NCBI GenBank assembly: GCA_951406725.2
Contig: OX597815.1
Span: forward strand, 101,494,001 to 101,558,000
Length of the DNA stretch: 64,000 bases
DNA from: Octopus vulgaris
Lineage: Eukaryota
Reading direction: 5' to 3'
Shown piece after piece: positions 13,031 through 25,896 of this stretch. Position 1 is the first letter of the stretch, and each line of letters starts with the position of its first letter. Both the position numbers and the translations under genes were made by a program. Under the pieces are notes generated by a model. The model was given only the letters and a program-made list of their open reading frames with translations, did no database searches and was not told the origin of the DNA.

Positions 13031-13111
13031 TTATTCGAGTTAATAATGATGATAAAGATGGTAGTGATGGTTCCTATTGTTGTCATTGATAATGCCATAT
13101 AGCTGCTGTCT

Positions 13112-13126
13112 GTAGTAGTAGTAGTT

Positions 13127-13175
<49 letters not shown>

Positions 13176-13199
13176 AAATAGTAGTAGTGGTAGCAGTAA

Positions 13200-13243
<44 letters not shown>
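13112..13243. repeat. (TAG)n microsatellite
   Basis: Direct reading; source of the poly-T and poly-L ORFs. Confidence 0.95.
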
Positions 13244-13572
13244 TGAGTTGTTTTTCTTGTTGTTTCCACACTATACTTTAATATTCTTCAACCATATGGT
13301 GATGCTATTAGCTTGGTGAACCAACCAAGGAACCTCTACATGGTCACTTGATATAGCAACCAAATCTCACTCTCAAATAACATTATACTATCTTTAAAAA
13401 GTATTGGAAGTTTTGTTGGACAATCTAATCCTAGATACACAATGCCTTAATAATAAGCAGAAAAGGGAAACCCTGGATTTTCCAGATTAGATTGGCTTCC
13501 TTTGCATGGCCAGGTCTCACCAAGAGCTAAACAATAATCGTTTCCGATAGTTCGTTAAGTTGCTGTTACAAT

Positions 13573-13930
13573 TATTACCTCTGCCGTCGCTACGGTGGAG
13601 GTATTGTTTTCAGTTGTGTTTCTTTGTTTGTTTGTCTGTTTGACCGTGGACAAGATATCTCAAGAACCGCTGGATATAATCGAATGAAGCTTTCAGGGAT
13701 GTTCGACTGGTACGAACTGATTAGATTTTAGGATCGATCCGCTACCGGACAAAGATTCTGGATTATTTTTCCTGTTTTTTTTTTAAAACTTAATTTTTGA
13801 GAGCGGTCAGGTTCATTTTTAGCATTCTCGTTTGCGAGAGCAGTCGAGTTTTTTTCCAGATTCTGGCTAATCGTTGAGAGTACGTTGGTGATGACTTGGC
13901 GGAGGTTTGCGCTCTCTGAGTGCTCTTGTT
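13573..13930 (+). mobile_element. Non-autonomous Helentron-associated element (HINE/DINE-1-like)
   Basis: 5' ttattACCTCTGCC with nearby inverted copy GGTGGAGGT, a (gttt/gtct) tract, and 3' subterminal GGCGGAGGT followed by hairpin gcgctc-tct-gagtgc, in T-rich flanks. Confidence 0.7.
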
Positions 13931-13965
13931 GTTATTGTTGTTACAAATATTTTGTTGTTATAGTT

Positions 13966-14385
13966 ACTCTTTACTCTTACTCTTTTACTTGTTTCAGTCA
14001 TTTGACTGTGGCCATGCTGGAGCACCGCCTTTATTCGAGCAAATCGACCCCCAGGACTTATTCTTTGTAAGCCTTGTACTTATTCTATCGGTTACTTTTG
14101 CCGAACCGCTAATTTACGGTGACGTAAACACACCAACATCGGTTATCAAGCGATGTTGGGGGACAAACACAGACACACAAACATATATACACACACACAC
14201 ACACACATATATACATATATACGACGGGCTTCTTTCAGTTTCCGTCTACCAAATCCACTCACAAGGCTTTGGTCGACCCGAGGCTACAGTAGAAGACACT
14301 TGCCCAAGGTGCCACGCAGTGAGACTGAACCCGGAACCATGTGGTTGGTAAACAAATTACTTGCCACACAGCCATTCCTACGCCT
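13966..14385 (-). mobile_element. SINE family A, full-length
   Basis: Minus strand: aggcgtaggaatggctgtgtgg (A box) ... ggttcagtctc (B box) ... ggcaccttgggcaagtg (CORE-like), internal (TG)n, tail ending in gagtaa repeats. Confidence 0.92.
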
Positions 14386-14930
14386 AGTTGTTGTTATAAT
14401 GTTGTTATAGTTATTGTCGTTGTAGTTGTTGATGTTGTTATAGTTATTGTTATAGTTGTTGTAATAATTGTTTTGATAGTTGTTGTTGTTGCTGTTCTTT
14501 TTATATTTGTAGTCATTGCCGTTGAAGTTGTTGTTGTTGTTATAGTTGCCGTTGCATCTGTTCTGAAACTTCTCTTGCTACGGCTGCTTTGTCTCCTTAC
14601 TTGTTGTTGTTGTTGTTATTCTTACAACTGCCGTTGTTCTTGTTGTGATAGTTGCTGTAACTATCGTCGCTAGGGTTGTTGTTGTTGTTTTTGTTCTTAC
14701 CATTCTTACAATTGTCAATGTTGCAGTTGTCGCTGTTGCTATTGCTTGAGCCTATAGTTACTATTGCTGCTGGTTCTGTTTTTTTTTTTTTTTTTGCTAT
14801 TGTTGCTGCTGTCGCTACTATTGTTATTTTTCTTGTTGCTGTTGTATCCACTGCTACTGCTACTGCTACTGCTGCTGCTGCTGCTGCTGCTGCTTTTGCT
14901 GTTACTTACTGCTATGGCTTGTCCAGGCTG
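14386..14930. repeat. Degenerate (GTT)/(GCT) trinucleotide low-complexity tract
   Basis: Direct reading; explains the poly-V/L/A ORFs. Confidence 0.9.
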
Positions 14931-15268
14931 TTGTCATTGTCAAAAATGCTATTGTGTCAACAGCAATGTACAGATAAGACGAGAGTGCTGCTTTAAAGGT
15001 GTGTTGGCAGCTGGAAAAGAGAATGATTCAACGGAGAAGGCAGGATAACAGGGGATAGTGAAGGGTTAGTGGGCTGTTGGAGGGAGAGGCAGATGGACGG
15101 CGGAAAGTAGAGTAGGGGCTGCTGTTGGGAGATGTTTGACAGACAGCTGAACAAAGCTGTGGAGTGAGAGGACATATACACTTACCTACTCTTATGTGTG
15201 TGTATGAGTGTGTGTGTGTGTGTGTGTGTGTGTGTAGTCAGTCTCTGGCAGTTTTTCCATTCAAGTTC

Positions 15269-15310
<42 letters not shown>

Positions 15311-15481
15311 GTCTGTCTCCCTCCCTCTTCCCTCCCCTCCCTCTGAAGATATAATACACACACTCACATACACATATATACATATGCAGATGTATATGTA
15401 TGAGTGTGTGAGTGTATGTATATGCGTTTATGTGTGTGTGTATATTTGTATAGATATACTTTGTATGTTGCATTATATTAT

Positions 15482-15551
<70 letters not shown>

Positions 15552-15659
15552 CTACTGATGATGACGATAGGAATAAATCTCTTACAATAGATAATTGTTT
15601 TCTTCCTGCTAATGATTTTTCGAAGAATTCACTGGATATGAATATATGTGAGCGCGCGC

Positions 15660-15703
<44 letters not shown>

Positions 15704-15929
15704 TGTGCGTGTCTCTCTCTGTGTGTGTATACGCCAGTGTGCTAGTGTGTGTGTGTGTGTCAGAGTTAATTTTTTTACTCTTATTTTTAGCAATCGTTGG
15801 TGCTATTATGCACATTTTATTTATTAATTCCTTTTCGGTTTTCAAATGCTAGCCACACATACTATACTATGTATAAGTGTTTAATATATCTTAATATATT
15901 AATATATCATTGTAGTAGCTTGTATTGAT

Positions 15930-16009
<80 letters not shown>

Positions 16010-16139
16010 TGTGTGTGTGTGTCTGTGTGTGCGAGCGTGTAAGCTGCTGTAGCTACTCAAAGATGTTGCAAACTCTTCTAGTGCTGACTTAAATTATCGT
16101 CTTATTTAGAACCTTTCTGTATCTTCAGCACACATATAT

Positions 16140-16600
16140 CAGGATCACCAGTGATTCGCTTCTTAGCCTGCACGTTTCCTCTGAATGTTGCAACGAAAAC
16201 TGAATTATACGTTCGTCACAGATGGGTTCCATCTGCAATATCTTGTCAACCGGGACCAGCAAGAGCGATGTCTCAGCTGTTATGTTTATCCCCCTAGTGG
16301 TTGTTAGGGCTTCAAACAAATCTTGTATGTATTAATGGAATTCGGTTTTTATCAGATTATTATTTAGCGTAGACTTTGTCTGTGCATTAATGACAAGAAT
16401 TTTATTTGAATGTTTAATAACAATGGTAGGGTTTTGTCAGTGTAATATGCTGGTTAAGTTTTTAATTTCTGCTGGGTTGGCCATGAGATTCAGATCCTGG
16501 GTAACCAGCTCACAATGGTGGTATCCTTCAGCGAGATCTAGAGTGGAGGCAGGCTTCATGGATGTCCAAAATTTCGTTTTCAAGATCATTTCCAGCGGTC
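16140..16600 (-). pseudogene. Possible decayed Penelope-like RT N-terminal fragment
   Basis: Minus frame reads KNLTSILH*QNPTIVIKHSNKILVIN, resembling the PLE motif NLT....L..L......VIKPADKG..VV. Weak. Confidence 0.3.
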
Positions 16601-17415
16601 TCTCATTTCATCCGGTGTCCCTCCCAGTGAACTGCTGCCCCTGGATGTTAATCGAATGGTATTTGTGGTGCTTAGGTAGAGCATTCTGAGACCGGATGCA
16701 AGGGACTGCATGAAGAGAGGAGGAGACGTCGTCATCAACACCCTGCGGCTGTTTTTTTGGGTCACATTCAATGCTGTCGGTGCTACAGGATCTGTGTATT
16801 TTGTATCGGTCTTGTCAGCCACGTTTGCTCTCATGAGAAGCAATGTGCTGGTGCTGGAGAAGGATACATTTTTTGGATCGATGCTGTCATCACCTTCGAT
16901 GGGCTGCCTTAAGCAAATAAATTAAGCAAAGTAATCATTAATGAGAATTTGTTCGTTAAGTTCAATTACGGCACATTTTGGGTTACCACTAAATCTAATA
17001 AACATTTCAGTATATTTCTATTTAGTTTTAGTTTGTAAATATCTAAAATGTAAGACCTTGTGGTAAGGTTCACCGCACAATCCGATTCAGCTTCGGTTCA
17101 GTTAAATATTGCGGTTGTTTGTCTTAACTAAAATCAATAAATAGAAGTAGTATTAGTTTAAAATAGCAATCTGTATGTCATGCTTAAAGCAGATAAATCA
17201 TCGCGGAAAGCAAAATTAGTTGTGGTATTGGTCTTGAGATAATATCAGTGACGACCAATTTTGTCTTAGCATGAGATTACCAGTGGATGCTTGCTACTAA
17301 CGAAGCCCCCAACAGGCAGAAAGGCAGATCTAGCAATACCGCCGCCGATGTTGCACGATTTTCACCTGCAAGTATTATATTTTCGTGCTAGTTAATGCTG
17401 TACATTTATAAGAGA

Positions 17416-17936
17416 CTAGCAGAGATACCCGGCGTTGCCCGGTTACATTCAATTGAAGAATTAGACTTTTCTGTTATATTTTCTGTAATGAACTGGAATA
17501 TCTATGTTTCGGATTTCATCAAAATTGCAGATGAGGGTTATTTCCCTCTTTACATATACCCTAAAAAATTTGTAATCGTGCCACATGTATCCCGTACTAC
17601 TGATTTTTATGCGCATATTCCAAAATTCCAGTGTTATTGAACCTGTTAAAAATATTTTGCTCCTAAAAAATGAAGGCCATGGAGCTCTAAAATGTGAGAG
17701 TTAAGGCCCCTGTTGGGGGTGGGCATCTTAATGTCAACCAGAGAAGTTGAATTGTTGAAAATCTTTTTAACTTGGGTCTTATATCTATTGTTTTAATTTC
17801 TTTGAAATAGGAAATATATGTTCACTGGGTTTGTAAAAGAGAGCAAAGCTACAGGAAACCAAAAGACGAATGATCACAATAAGCAGTCAGTTACCCTACC
17901 CTAGTCGTTACTTGAAGTACCGGTTCAAGAACTATG

Positions 17937-17988
<52 letters not shown>

Positions 17989-17992
17989 ATAC

Positions 17993-18029
<37 letters not shown>

Positions 18030-19297
18030 CACATAACACACACATACACACACACACACATACACAAACACACACACACAAAGATAAATTGATAGATACA
18101 ACTGAGTGGGCAAACAAAAATATGAGACACTTCGTAGTGCTTTTTTATATTTTGATAAGCCTGGTACTTATTCTATCAGTTTCTTCTTGTGAAACCAGTA
18201 AGTTATGGGGATGTAAATAAACGAACACCAGTTGTGAAGCAGTTATAATGGAGAAACACGAAGACACACACATAGACCTACATATATACATGCATATACA
18301 TACAATTGAATTCTTTCAGTTTCTGTCTACAAAATCCACTGACAAGGCTTTGGTTGGTCTCTGGCTATAACAGAAGACACATACCAAGTTACCACACGAT
18401 GGGACTGAACTGAGGACCATGTGTTTTAGAACCAAGTTTGTTACCACACAGCCACACCTGCACTTATGTATATGTGTGTGTGGGTGTGGGTGTGGATGTG
18501 TGTATGCGTGTATGGGTGTATATATGTATGCATATATATATGTGTATATATATGTGTACATATTACATGTACATCTATATGTATATATATGCATCTAGAC
18601 ATACATGTATACACATACATGTATATCTATAGAAATTCATCTATACATATACAGCTATACATATACATGTATACATATACATCTATATATATATACATGT
18701 ATATATATACATCCATATACATACAATAGAATGTTTTTGTTTCACTTTTAACACGTAAGACTGAAATAGTGAAGACTAGCAGTATCGCCCGGCGTTGCTC
18801 AGGTTTGTAAGGGAAATAACTATAAAGCATTTTTAGAGAGTTATAGCCAAAAAATGGAAAAAAATGATGGTAAATTTTTTTGAGAGTAAAAAAAGGTGGA
18901 GTTGCGTCCCCTAGACGGTTTGTGTTTCTGATTCTCGACCCCATGTCGAATTTATCGATTTTTTTCAGAACTGGGGGAACTTTTCAAAATTTTCGCTGCG
19001 TTAGTTTTGAATTATGACATTGGGCTATGTGTGTGTCAAGTTTCATCAGAATCGGTTGAAAGCCGTGGTCAGGGTGAGGGTACAAGCAAACAGACACACA
19101 GAAACACGCACAGACAAACTGCCGTTTATATAGAGAGAGATATGATATTGCCTTGGGCTTGTCCTAGGCAAGAAGGTAAACATTTTTTTGCCCATGACGC
19201 TACATGGACCCTAAGCAAGGCATGTGTAAAATTTGAATGAAATTGGTTGTGTAGTTCTCAAGTTTTAGGGAAACAGACAGACACACATTCTCAGTTT

Positions 19298-19330
<33 letters not shown>
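17416..19330 (-). mobile_element. Outer non-autonomous Helitron-like element containing other repeats
   Basis: A|CTAG at 17415-17419 with GC hairpin ccggcgttgcccgg (minus-strand 3' CTAG end). The distal part, 18540-18775 plus 19141-19300, is paralogous to 25480-25896, which ends ...GA|T (5'-TC). Joining both ends into one element is inferred. Confidence 0.55.
18776..19140 (-). mobile_element. Nested non-autonomous Helitron
   Basis: Minus strand A|TC...CTAG|T termini with subterminal hairpin cccggcgttgctcagg and no TSD. The empty paralogous site gtgaaag-AT-gtgatattg is present at ~25702-25719. Confidence 0.85.
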
Positions 19331-19359
<29 letters not shown>

Positions 19360-19736
19360 CACATATATGCATACACACACATACATATATATTTGGAATT
19401 TACAAAAGAAACGTACAAAAGACGAAGACTGGTGTGTAAACAGCAAACAGGTTTATTAGTTTAACGCTCCGGACTTAGGAAAATTTATATAGGGAGTACT
19501 ACTCATTTTAAAAATAGATATAGGGGACACAAAAATTCATTTATTCACCCCTATATAAAAAATTCCACGATATTAGCATCATACATTAACCGCCTCATAC
19601 ATTCTAACATTGAGAATAATTGAGGATGATCGATAATTACTGAATCAACACCATAGAACACATATACTAAATCGTATAGGCTTTGCATCAAGGAACCGAG
19701 TAGCATACTATACGCTAGTAATAGAAATAAAGACAT

Positions 19737-21480
19737 TTTCTTTATTAGGCACTCAGGCCACTAACACAGAGGGGAGACTACAATGACAGACGCAACACCA
19801 CAGCGGGGACAAAAAACACAAAACGAATGAGTATGAATATTATATAATAATGAAAGATAAATGGCTGCATGGGCTCCACTCCTCATGCAGTACAATTTGA
19901 ACATTTGAACATTTGTACACACAGTCACTATCTATTGTTTTTTCTTTCCTTAATTATCGTTTTTTTCCAAAACCTTTTCCTTTCTTTTTTCCTTCTTTTT
20001 ATCTAATAATAACCATTAATTTTACTTTTTTTCCTCTTTAACGCCTCATGTGAGGCTCCAGTTCTAACAGGTCGATTACTGGTGGCAGCTCATTGAACTC
20101 CACGAGTGCTCAAGCTGGGTCAATTTTACTTCCGCACATGTCTCTCAGTTTCTTATAGGTTTCCCTATCGACCACAATGGCCTTCACACTCTGGGTACGC
20201 GTCGTTTGGTAACTTTACCCTTATAATGTGCTTGAACTTTACGATTTTTTTCTCCACCTCCTCGTTCTTGGAATAGGTCACGAAATTCCATTTGTAACTC
20301 CCTCCTCTCGGCTTTCTCTTTCCTTCCTCCACTACCCTTCCTATTATAGATTCCTCTATACTCTTCTCTGAGTCTAGGACCTTCTTTCTCCGTCTCTACT
20401 GTAACCAGTTTCTCCGTTTCGTCCTCTTGTAGTTGAATTCCCGAGTCTTCCGTCAATTTACCTATCATCTTCATATTTGTTTCCTCCTTCTCGGACTCTT
20501 TTTCACAAATCTTCTCAATTATTTTTTCCCTTTCCTTTTCCGTCTCACTTTTATCATCTTTTTTCTCGTTACCTCTTTCTTTTCCATTTCTTCTTTCTTC
20601 TTTTTCTGATTAGTCGGTGGTGGCCTTACCCTACCGCTCCTCCTTCTTTTTCTTTCCACTAGTGTGAATTCTACCGCTGTTGTCTCATTATTCTCACATG
20701 TTACTGCCTGTTCGACCTTTTCTGCAGTCTCTCTCTGTTCTTTTCGTTGGCATCTCACCTTCATGTGTCCTTTTTCGCCACATTTGTAACACACAGGCGG
20801 TCTTCCCTCCACCTTCATTCTTAGTGCAAAACCGTCAGGTAACACTATCTCCTCTGTTATTCTATTCAGGTCTTCCACTGTTGCCTAGATTGTTAGCTCC
20901 AACCCATAGCCCTAGTAGGCCAACATGTTCGTTCTGGTGGCCTTCAGTATTCTGGCCTCGTCTTCCATGTTGTACATAATGGCCATCATTAGCCATGCTT
21001 CCTCCAACTCAGGGCCACTTGGCCTACCCGAACTCTCACTACACGTTTGCCGCAATAGGATGGCAGAAGAATCCACTCTTCTGAGCGGATTGCCTCCGTC
21101 GCATGCCTCACCGCTTCCTCTTCTTATGTGAAACGCACATCCACAGTGGCATATTTTCTGCCTCTTGCTCGGAATGTTATCACGTCTTTCATATTTTCCA
21201 GCACCTTCTCAATCTCCTCCACAGTTGCTATCTCGATTCTCCCTGTGGCAACCTTCATGGTCTTGTAGGTCACCGTCTTCTTCCTAACGTTGTTCATTAG
21301 TTCCTCTGGTGGCGTCAACCTTATCTTTCCGCCTTCCTTTTTCAGCAGCTTCTCACTAGCCTTCATCTTCCTGGGCTCTACCTTTATTTCAAAGGTCTCT
21401 AATGCTTCCTTCGCTGCTCCTCTTCCAGTTACGGCTGCATAGCTGTGGCCGCCCTCTGGCGCCTTCTCCATTTTCCTCAA
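19737..21480 (-). mobile_element. L1/Tx1-like element carrying only a disrupted ORF1 (CCHC zinc knuckle) and a 3' UTR
   Basis: ORF pieces 21124-21480 (N-terminal SYAAV), 20519-20878 (CYKCGEKGHMKVRC) and 20184-20474. Coding-like sequence ends ~20038, followed by a ~300-bp UTR with AATAAA at 19741-19746 (minus). No EN or RT seen. Confidence 0.75.
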
Positions 21481-22183
21481 CGGGAAAGTTTAACAACACA
21501 AAAATTAACGGTATAACAAATGATATTAACAACGGTTTTAACAACAGCAGTAATCAACAATAAATTCTACTCACAAATACAACTCAACTTCAATAACTCA
21601 ACTTATTAAATAAAATTACATACATTTTAGTATGTTGTAAGCATAAATATTTAGCGTCTTATAATTTTCTTAAACTTTAAAATTTAATATTTTAGAATAT
21701 AAATCTTTATAGCTTTTTGAAAATACGATTCAATTAGATCATCAGATCCAATGAACACTTATGAACAAACTTGTAATCTTAAATTATTTTTTTATAGTAG
21801 TATATATCAGTACAGATGGAATATTCCCATTGGCTTTTATTTGCATGATTAACTAAAGTTAACCTTTCAATGATTTTCATTTCTTATTTAAACGTGGTAA
21901 TCTTCTTGAAAAACTTCAGGACCTGATATAATGCTGTCACTTATTCATCGATACTCAAAAACTGAACTTTCACCAACTGAATACTCACCATGTAGTGCCT
22001 TACTGCTTTCTGTTGGATTTTGCCTCGAGAAAAGAACCCTGAGGAAGGAGGGCTGAATTTCGAATACTTCGTACAACCACTTTTCTGGAACGGCTGCAGG
22101 TTACGAAAAAAATTTTAATCGCCTCTTTCAATTTAGGTTTTTATTTTTCATGTTTATATTCGTATTTCATTGCTATGTTTATA

Positions 22184-22693
22184 TTGGGTTGTCCGGAAAG
22201 TAAAAGGTCACTAAATACTTGCCATTACATTTTTAATGAACCAAATCTGAACCATTTCGTCGCACAATACGTCTCCATCTTTCCTTTACCTTGAAAATAC
22301 CCTCTTCCCAGAATTGGGGTGGTTTGAAGGCAAAGAATTCATCAAGGTATCTTTTTACGTCATCTAAGGAATTTAAATTTTCACCATTAAGACTTTTTTG
22401 CAGAGACCTGAATAAGTGGAAATCCGAAGAAGTAATATCTGGGAAATAGGGAGGGTGGGGGTAACACATCCCAGCCGAGCATCAAGTGCCGAAAATGAAC
22501 TTTCTCGTCTTTTATTTTAAAGGGTTACAGAATTAACACAGGTTATAGGAACATAAACCTTTTTCCTCGAAAAGATAGCCTAAACTGTGCTCTAAATGGA
22601 GGTTCAAATCATATTTTATGGACTCAAACATGTTCTAAAATAAGTCGAAAGTTAAGCTACTATAAATCGACACGAACTTTCCGGACAACCCAA
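22184..22693 (-). mobile_element. Internally deleted mariner transposon
   Basis: TIRs TTGGGTTGTCCGGAAAGT / ACTTTCCGGACAACCCAA with TA on both sides. ORF 22233-22469 has HPPYFPDITSSDFHLFRSLQ (the YSPDLAPSDxHLF motif) and the mariner C-terminus. Confidence 0.93.
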
Positions 22694-22965
22694 TATTTCT
22701 ATATTTTTATCATGAAACTCTTAATATAAATATGTGGATATTCATATGGAATAAGACCTCATGTGCTACATCTGAATTTTCTTGTCTGAATGTTTTAAGA
22801 CAAATATCCGAAATTTTTTTGCTGTAATATACGATTTTTGCTCTCGTGACTGGACTAAGGCTACGTTGGTTTTCCATTATTAACAACTTGTATAATAACA
22901 TTAAATTATAACTTTATATGGTGCATTTAGACTCGTTGTGTGACCACCCATTTTGGCCCCAAAAA

Positions 22966-23398
22966 TTGCGTACATATTACATGGTCTTAAACTAATTTTG
23001 CCGGTAAATTTGAAACGTTTATATTACGTTCTGAGTTCAAATTCCACCGAGGTCGACTTTGCCTTTCATCCTTTCGGGGTCGATAAATTAAGTACCAGTT
23101 ACGCACTGGGCTTGATGTAATCGACTTAATCCGTTTGTCTGTCCTTGTTTACCACCTCTATGTTTAGCCCCTTGTGGGCAGTAAAGAAATATATATTAAT
23201 TTAGCATTAGAATTCTTCAAGTTGTATAAAAATTGTTTGCATCATTCGAAAGAGAAATAAATTTTGCATACATATTACATGGTCTTAAACTAATTTTGCC
23301 GTTAAATTTGAAACGTTTATATTTATCATTAGACTTCTTCAAGTTATATAAAAATAGTTATTGTCTGCATCATTCGAAAGAGAAATAAATGTTGCATA
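22966..23398 (+). repeat. Local ~125-bp tandem duplication, first unit interrupted by a 5'-truncated SINE B (23025-23190)
   Basis: ttacatggtcttaaactaattttgccg..aaatttgaaacgtttatat and catcattcgaaagagaaataaat each occur twice. Confidence 0.8.
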
Positions 23399-23509
23399 AG
23401 GTGTAAAAGATAAAAATAATTTTTATGGTGTTAGTAACAAAATATTTTGTAAGGAATAGAACTTTTATCGGCGGTCTTAAATATATTTTCGCTAGTGTGG
23501 AAGCACTCC

Positions 23510-23830
23510 GATCAATGTGGAAAACTTTTTTGGTTTGAAAGCGAGGAACTCTGAAATGTCAGGTTCGACCTCCTACTGGCTTGCGAAAGTTGTGCCCCCC
23601 CTAATACGTAGTTCTCGGGGATATTCACTATGAAACAGAGAGTGACAAGGGTATCCTGAATGAGTACAGGTACAACAGGGAGAATAAGTTGGATGAAGTT
23701 GTTTTCCAAACCGACCTCTTCGATATTCTGTGATGAGATCGTTGCAGTGTAGGGTTGCGCATTATCCTGATGAAACCGCGATCACTACGACCGCGAGTTT
23801 TCGACTCACTAAAGCGGCTCTTTTTTCGCC
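23510..23830 (-). mobile_element. Mariner transposase fragment
   Basis: Minus strand FHQDNAQP (catalytic HDNARPH region); paralogous to 23990-24265. Confidence 0.8.
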
Positions 23831-23844
23831 AGTGTATATATATA

Positions 23845-24665
23845 TCTCAAGTCATCCCATAAGCTCTGTACGAATTTTGGATAAAGAATACAAGTGATCA
23901 AATGTTATATTTAATTGAAAGTTAATCATCGATGTACTTTCCCTGATTATCTATGACTTACTTCCATCTATTTACAAGCTTTTTAATGCCATCAGTGTAA
24001 AACTCTTTTGGTTTCAAAGCGAAGAACTCTGAAACGTCAGGTTCGACCTCCTCCTGGCTTGCAAAAGTTGTGTCCCCCTAATAATTCTGTAAACTATGAA
24101 ATAAATGGTATCCTGAAGGAGTAAAGTCGGGAGAATAAGTTGGATGAAGAAATTTTTCCAAACCGACCTCTTCGATCTTCTGTGATGTGATCTTTGCAGT
24201 GTGGGGTTGCGCATTGTCCTGATGAAATATCACTCATTTTCGGCTCACTAAAGTGGCTCTTTTTTCCTTCAAAGCTTGGTTCAAACGCTCTAATTGCTGA
24301 CAGCAGACTTGAGCATTGATTGTTGCATTAGGTGGTAACGATATAAAGTGAATTACGCCTTTGCAATCGCACCAGATAGAGAGAAGAACCTTTTTCCCAT
24401 GAAGTTCCCTTCTCGGTTGTGGTTGAGCATTTTACCTTTCACCAAGCCACTGTTTACGACGTTTAACATTTCGATAGAAAATACATTTTTCGTCACAAGT
24501 CTATCGAAATAGGGTTAAATGAGTTTGCGAGAATGGAGAGAAGAGCAGATGTCAACTCGGGATTTGCGGTTGCTTTCGGACAATACATGAGGCACCTATT
24601 TTCCAAGTTTAGGAATCTTTCCACGTTGTTGAAGATGACGATGAACTGTTGTATGATTTGAAGTA
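23845..24665 (-). mobile_element. Decayed mariner transposase fragment
   Basis: Minus strand shows *VPHVLSESN (WVPHEL motif) at ~24570-24598 and FHQDNAQPHTA at ~24195-24227, with many stops and frameshifts. Confidence 0.85.
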
Positions 24666-24804
24666 AGCTCTGGTCGCCATAGCGTCTGACTGTGGTGTCG
24701 TAGCCTTGGACAGTCAGTCCAATGGCACCCAGAGCGAGCTCTTTTCGCCATAGCGTCTGACTGTGGTGTCGTAGCCTTGGACAGTCAGCTCAATGGTATA
24801 CAAA

Positions 24805-25243
24805 GCTTCCCTGATATAATTCTACCTACTTTCAGCAGAGGAGGTTGGGCAGCTACTGAGGGCAACCTTGATAGAAACAGCAAAACATTGTCGCAGTGTA
24901 GGGTCAGAGGTTCTGCCAGTGTTAATGCGTGGTCGGCCCATTTTCTTGGAGTGATGGACTTTTTTAGGCAGAATCCTCACCCTGCTTCTTATTAGTGAAT
25001 AATCTGTGTCACAATCCATGCTGTGGTAACTACGGGTCAGTTGAACAAAATTCAGAAATGATGAGATCCAGCTTCGTGTAATGATGAGATCCAGCTGATG
25101 CCAGTGGTGAGATCTTGGATGTCGCCAGGATGCCTTGTGGGATGTCTTGTTGGCAAAGAGTGTATTGGTGATGCACAGGTTATGGTATGTGCAAAATTCA
25201 AGTAGTCTCTGACCATTGTCATTCATGTTGCCAATACCAAAAC
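24805..25243 (-). mobile_element. RTE-clade LINE fragment, APE endonuclease region
   Basis: [26 protein letters not shown]...[19 protein letters not shown]...DCDTDYSLI, typical of RTE APE domains. Confidence 0.9.
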
Positions 25244-25330
25244 ACATACATTTACATACATACATATATATACGATCGATTTGTTTCAGTTCCTGTCCAT
25301 GAAATCCACACACACACACATATATATAAG

Positions 25331-25425
<95 letters not shown>

Positions 25426-25479
25426 ATATATATATATATATGTGTGTGTGTATATATATATGTATATGTATGTATGTAT

Positions 25480-25594
25480 ATATATATGTATATATATGTG
25501 TACATATTACATGTACATGTATATGTACATCTGGACATACATGTATACATATACAACTATACATATACATGTATACATATGCATCTATATATAT

Positions 25595-25651
<57 letters not shown>

Positions 25652-25896
25652 TACAATAGAGAGATGCTTTTGTTTCACTTTTAACACGTAGTACTGAAAT
25701 AGTGAAAGATGTGATATTGCTCTGGGCTCGCCCTAGGCAAGAAGGTAAACATTTTTTTGCCCATGACACTACATGGACACTAAGTAAGGCATGTGTAAAA
25801 TTTGAATGAAATTGGTTGTGTAGTTCTCAAGTTTTAGGGATTCACACAGACAGACAGACAGACAGACACACATTCTCAGTTTTATATATATATAGA
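25480..25896 (-). mobile_element. Second copy of the Helitron-like 5' region (empty paralog of 18540-19300)
   Basis: High similarity to 18540-18775 plus 19141-19300; ends tatataGA|T. Confidence 0.75.

Noticed and set aside
23748-24227. CTGATGAAA motifs as hammerhead cores
   Set aside because: They are the antisense of mariner FHQD codons, with no stem II or stem I.
24674-24788. ~43-bp direct repeat next to the RTE fragment
   Set aside because: A small local duplication at a junction of decayed elements; no evidence of function.
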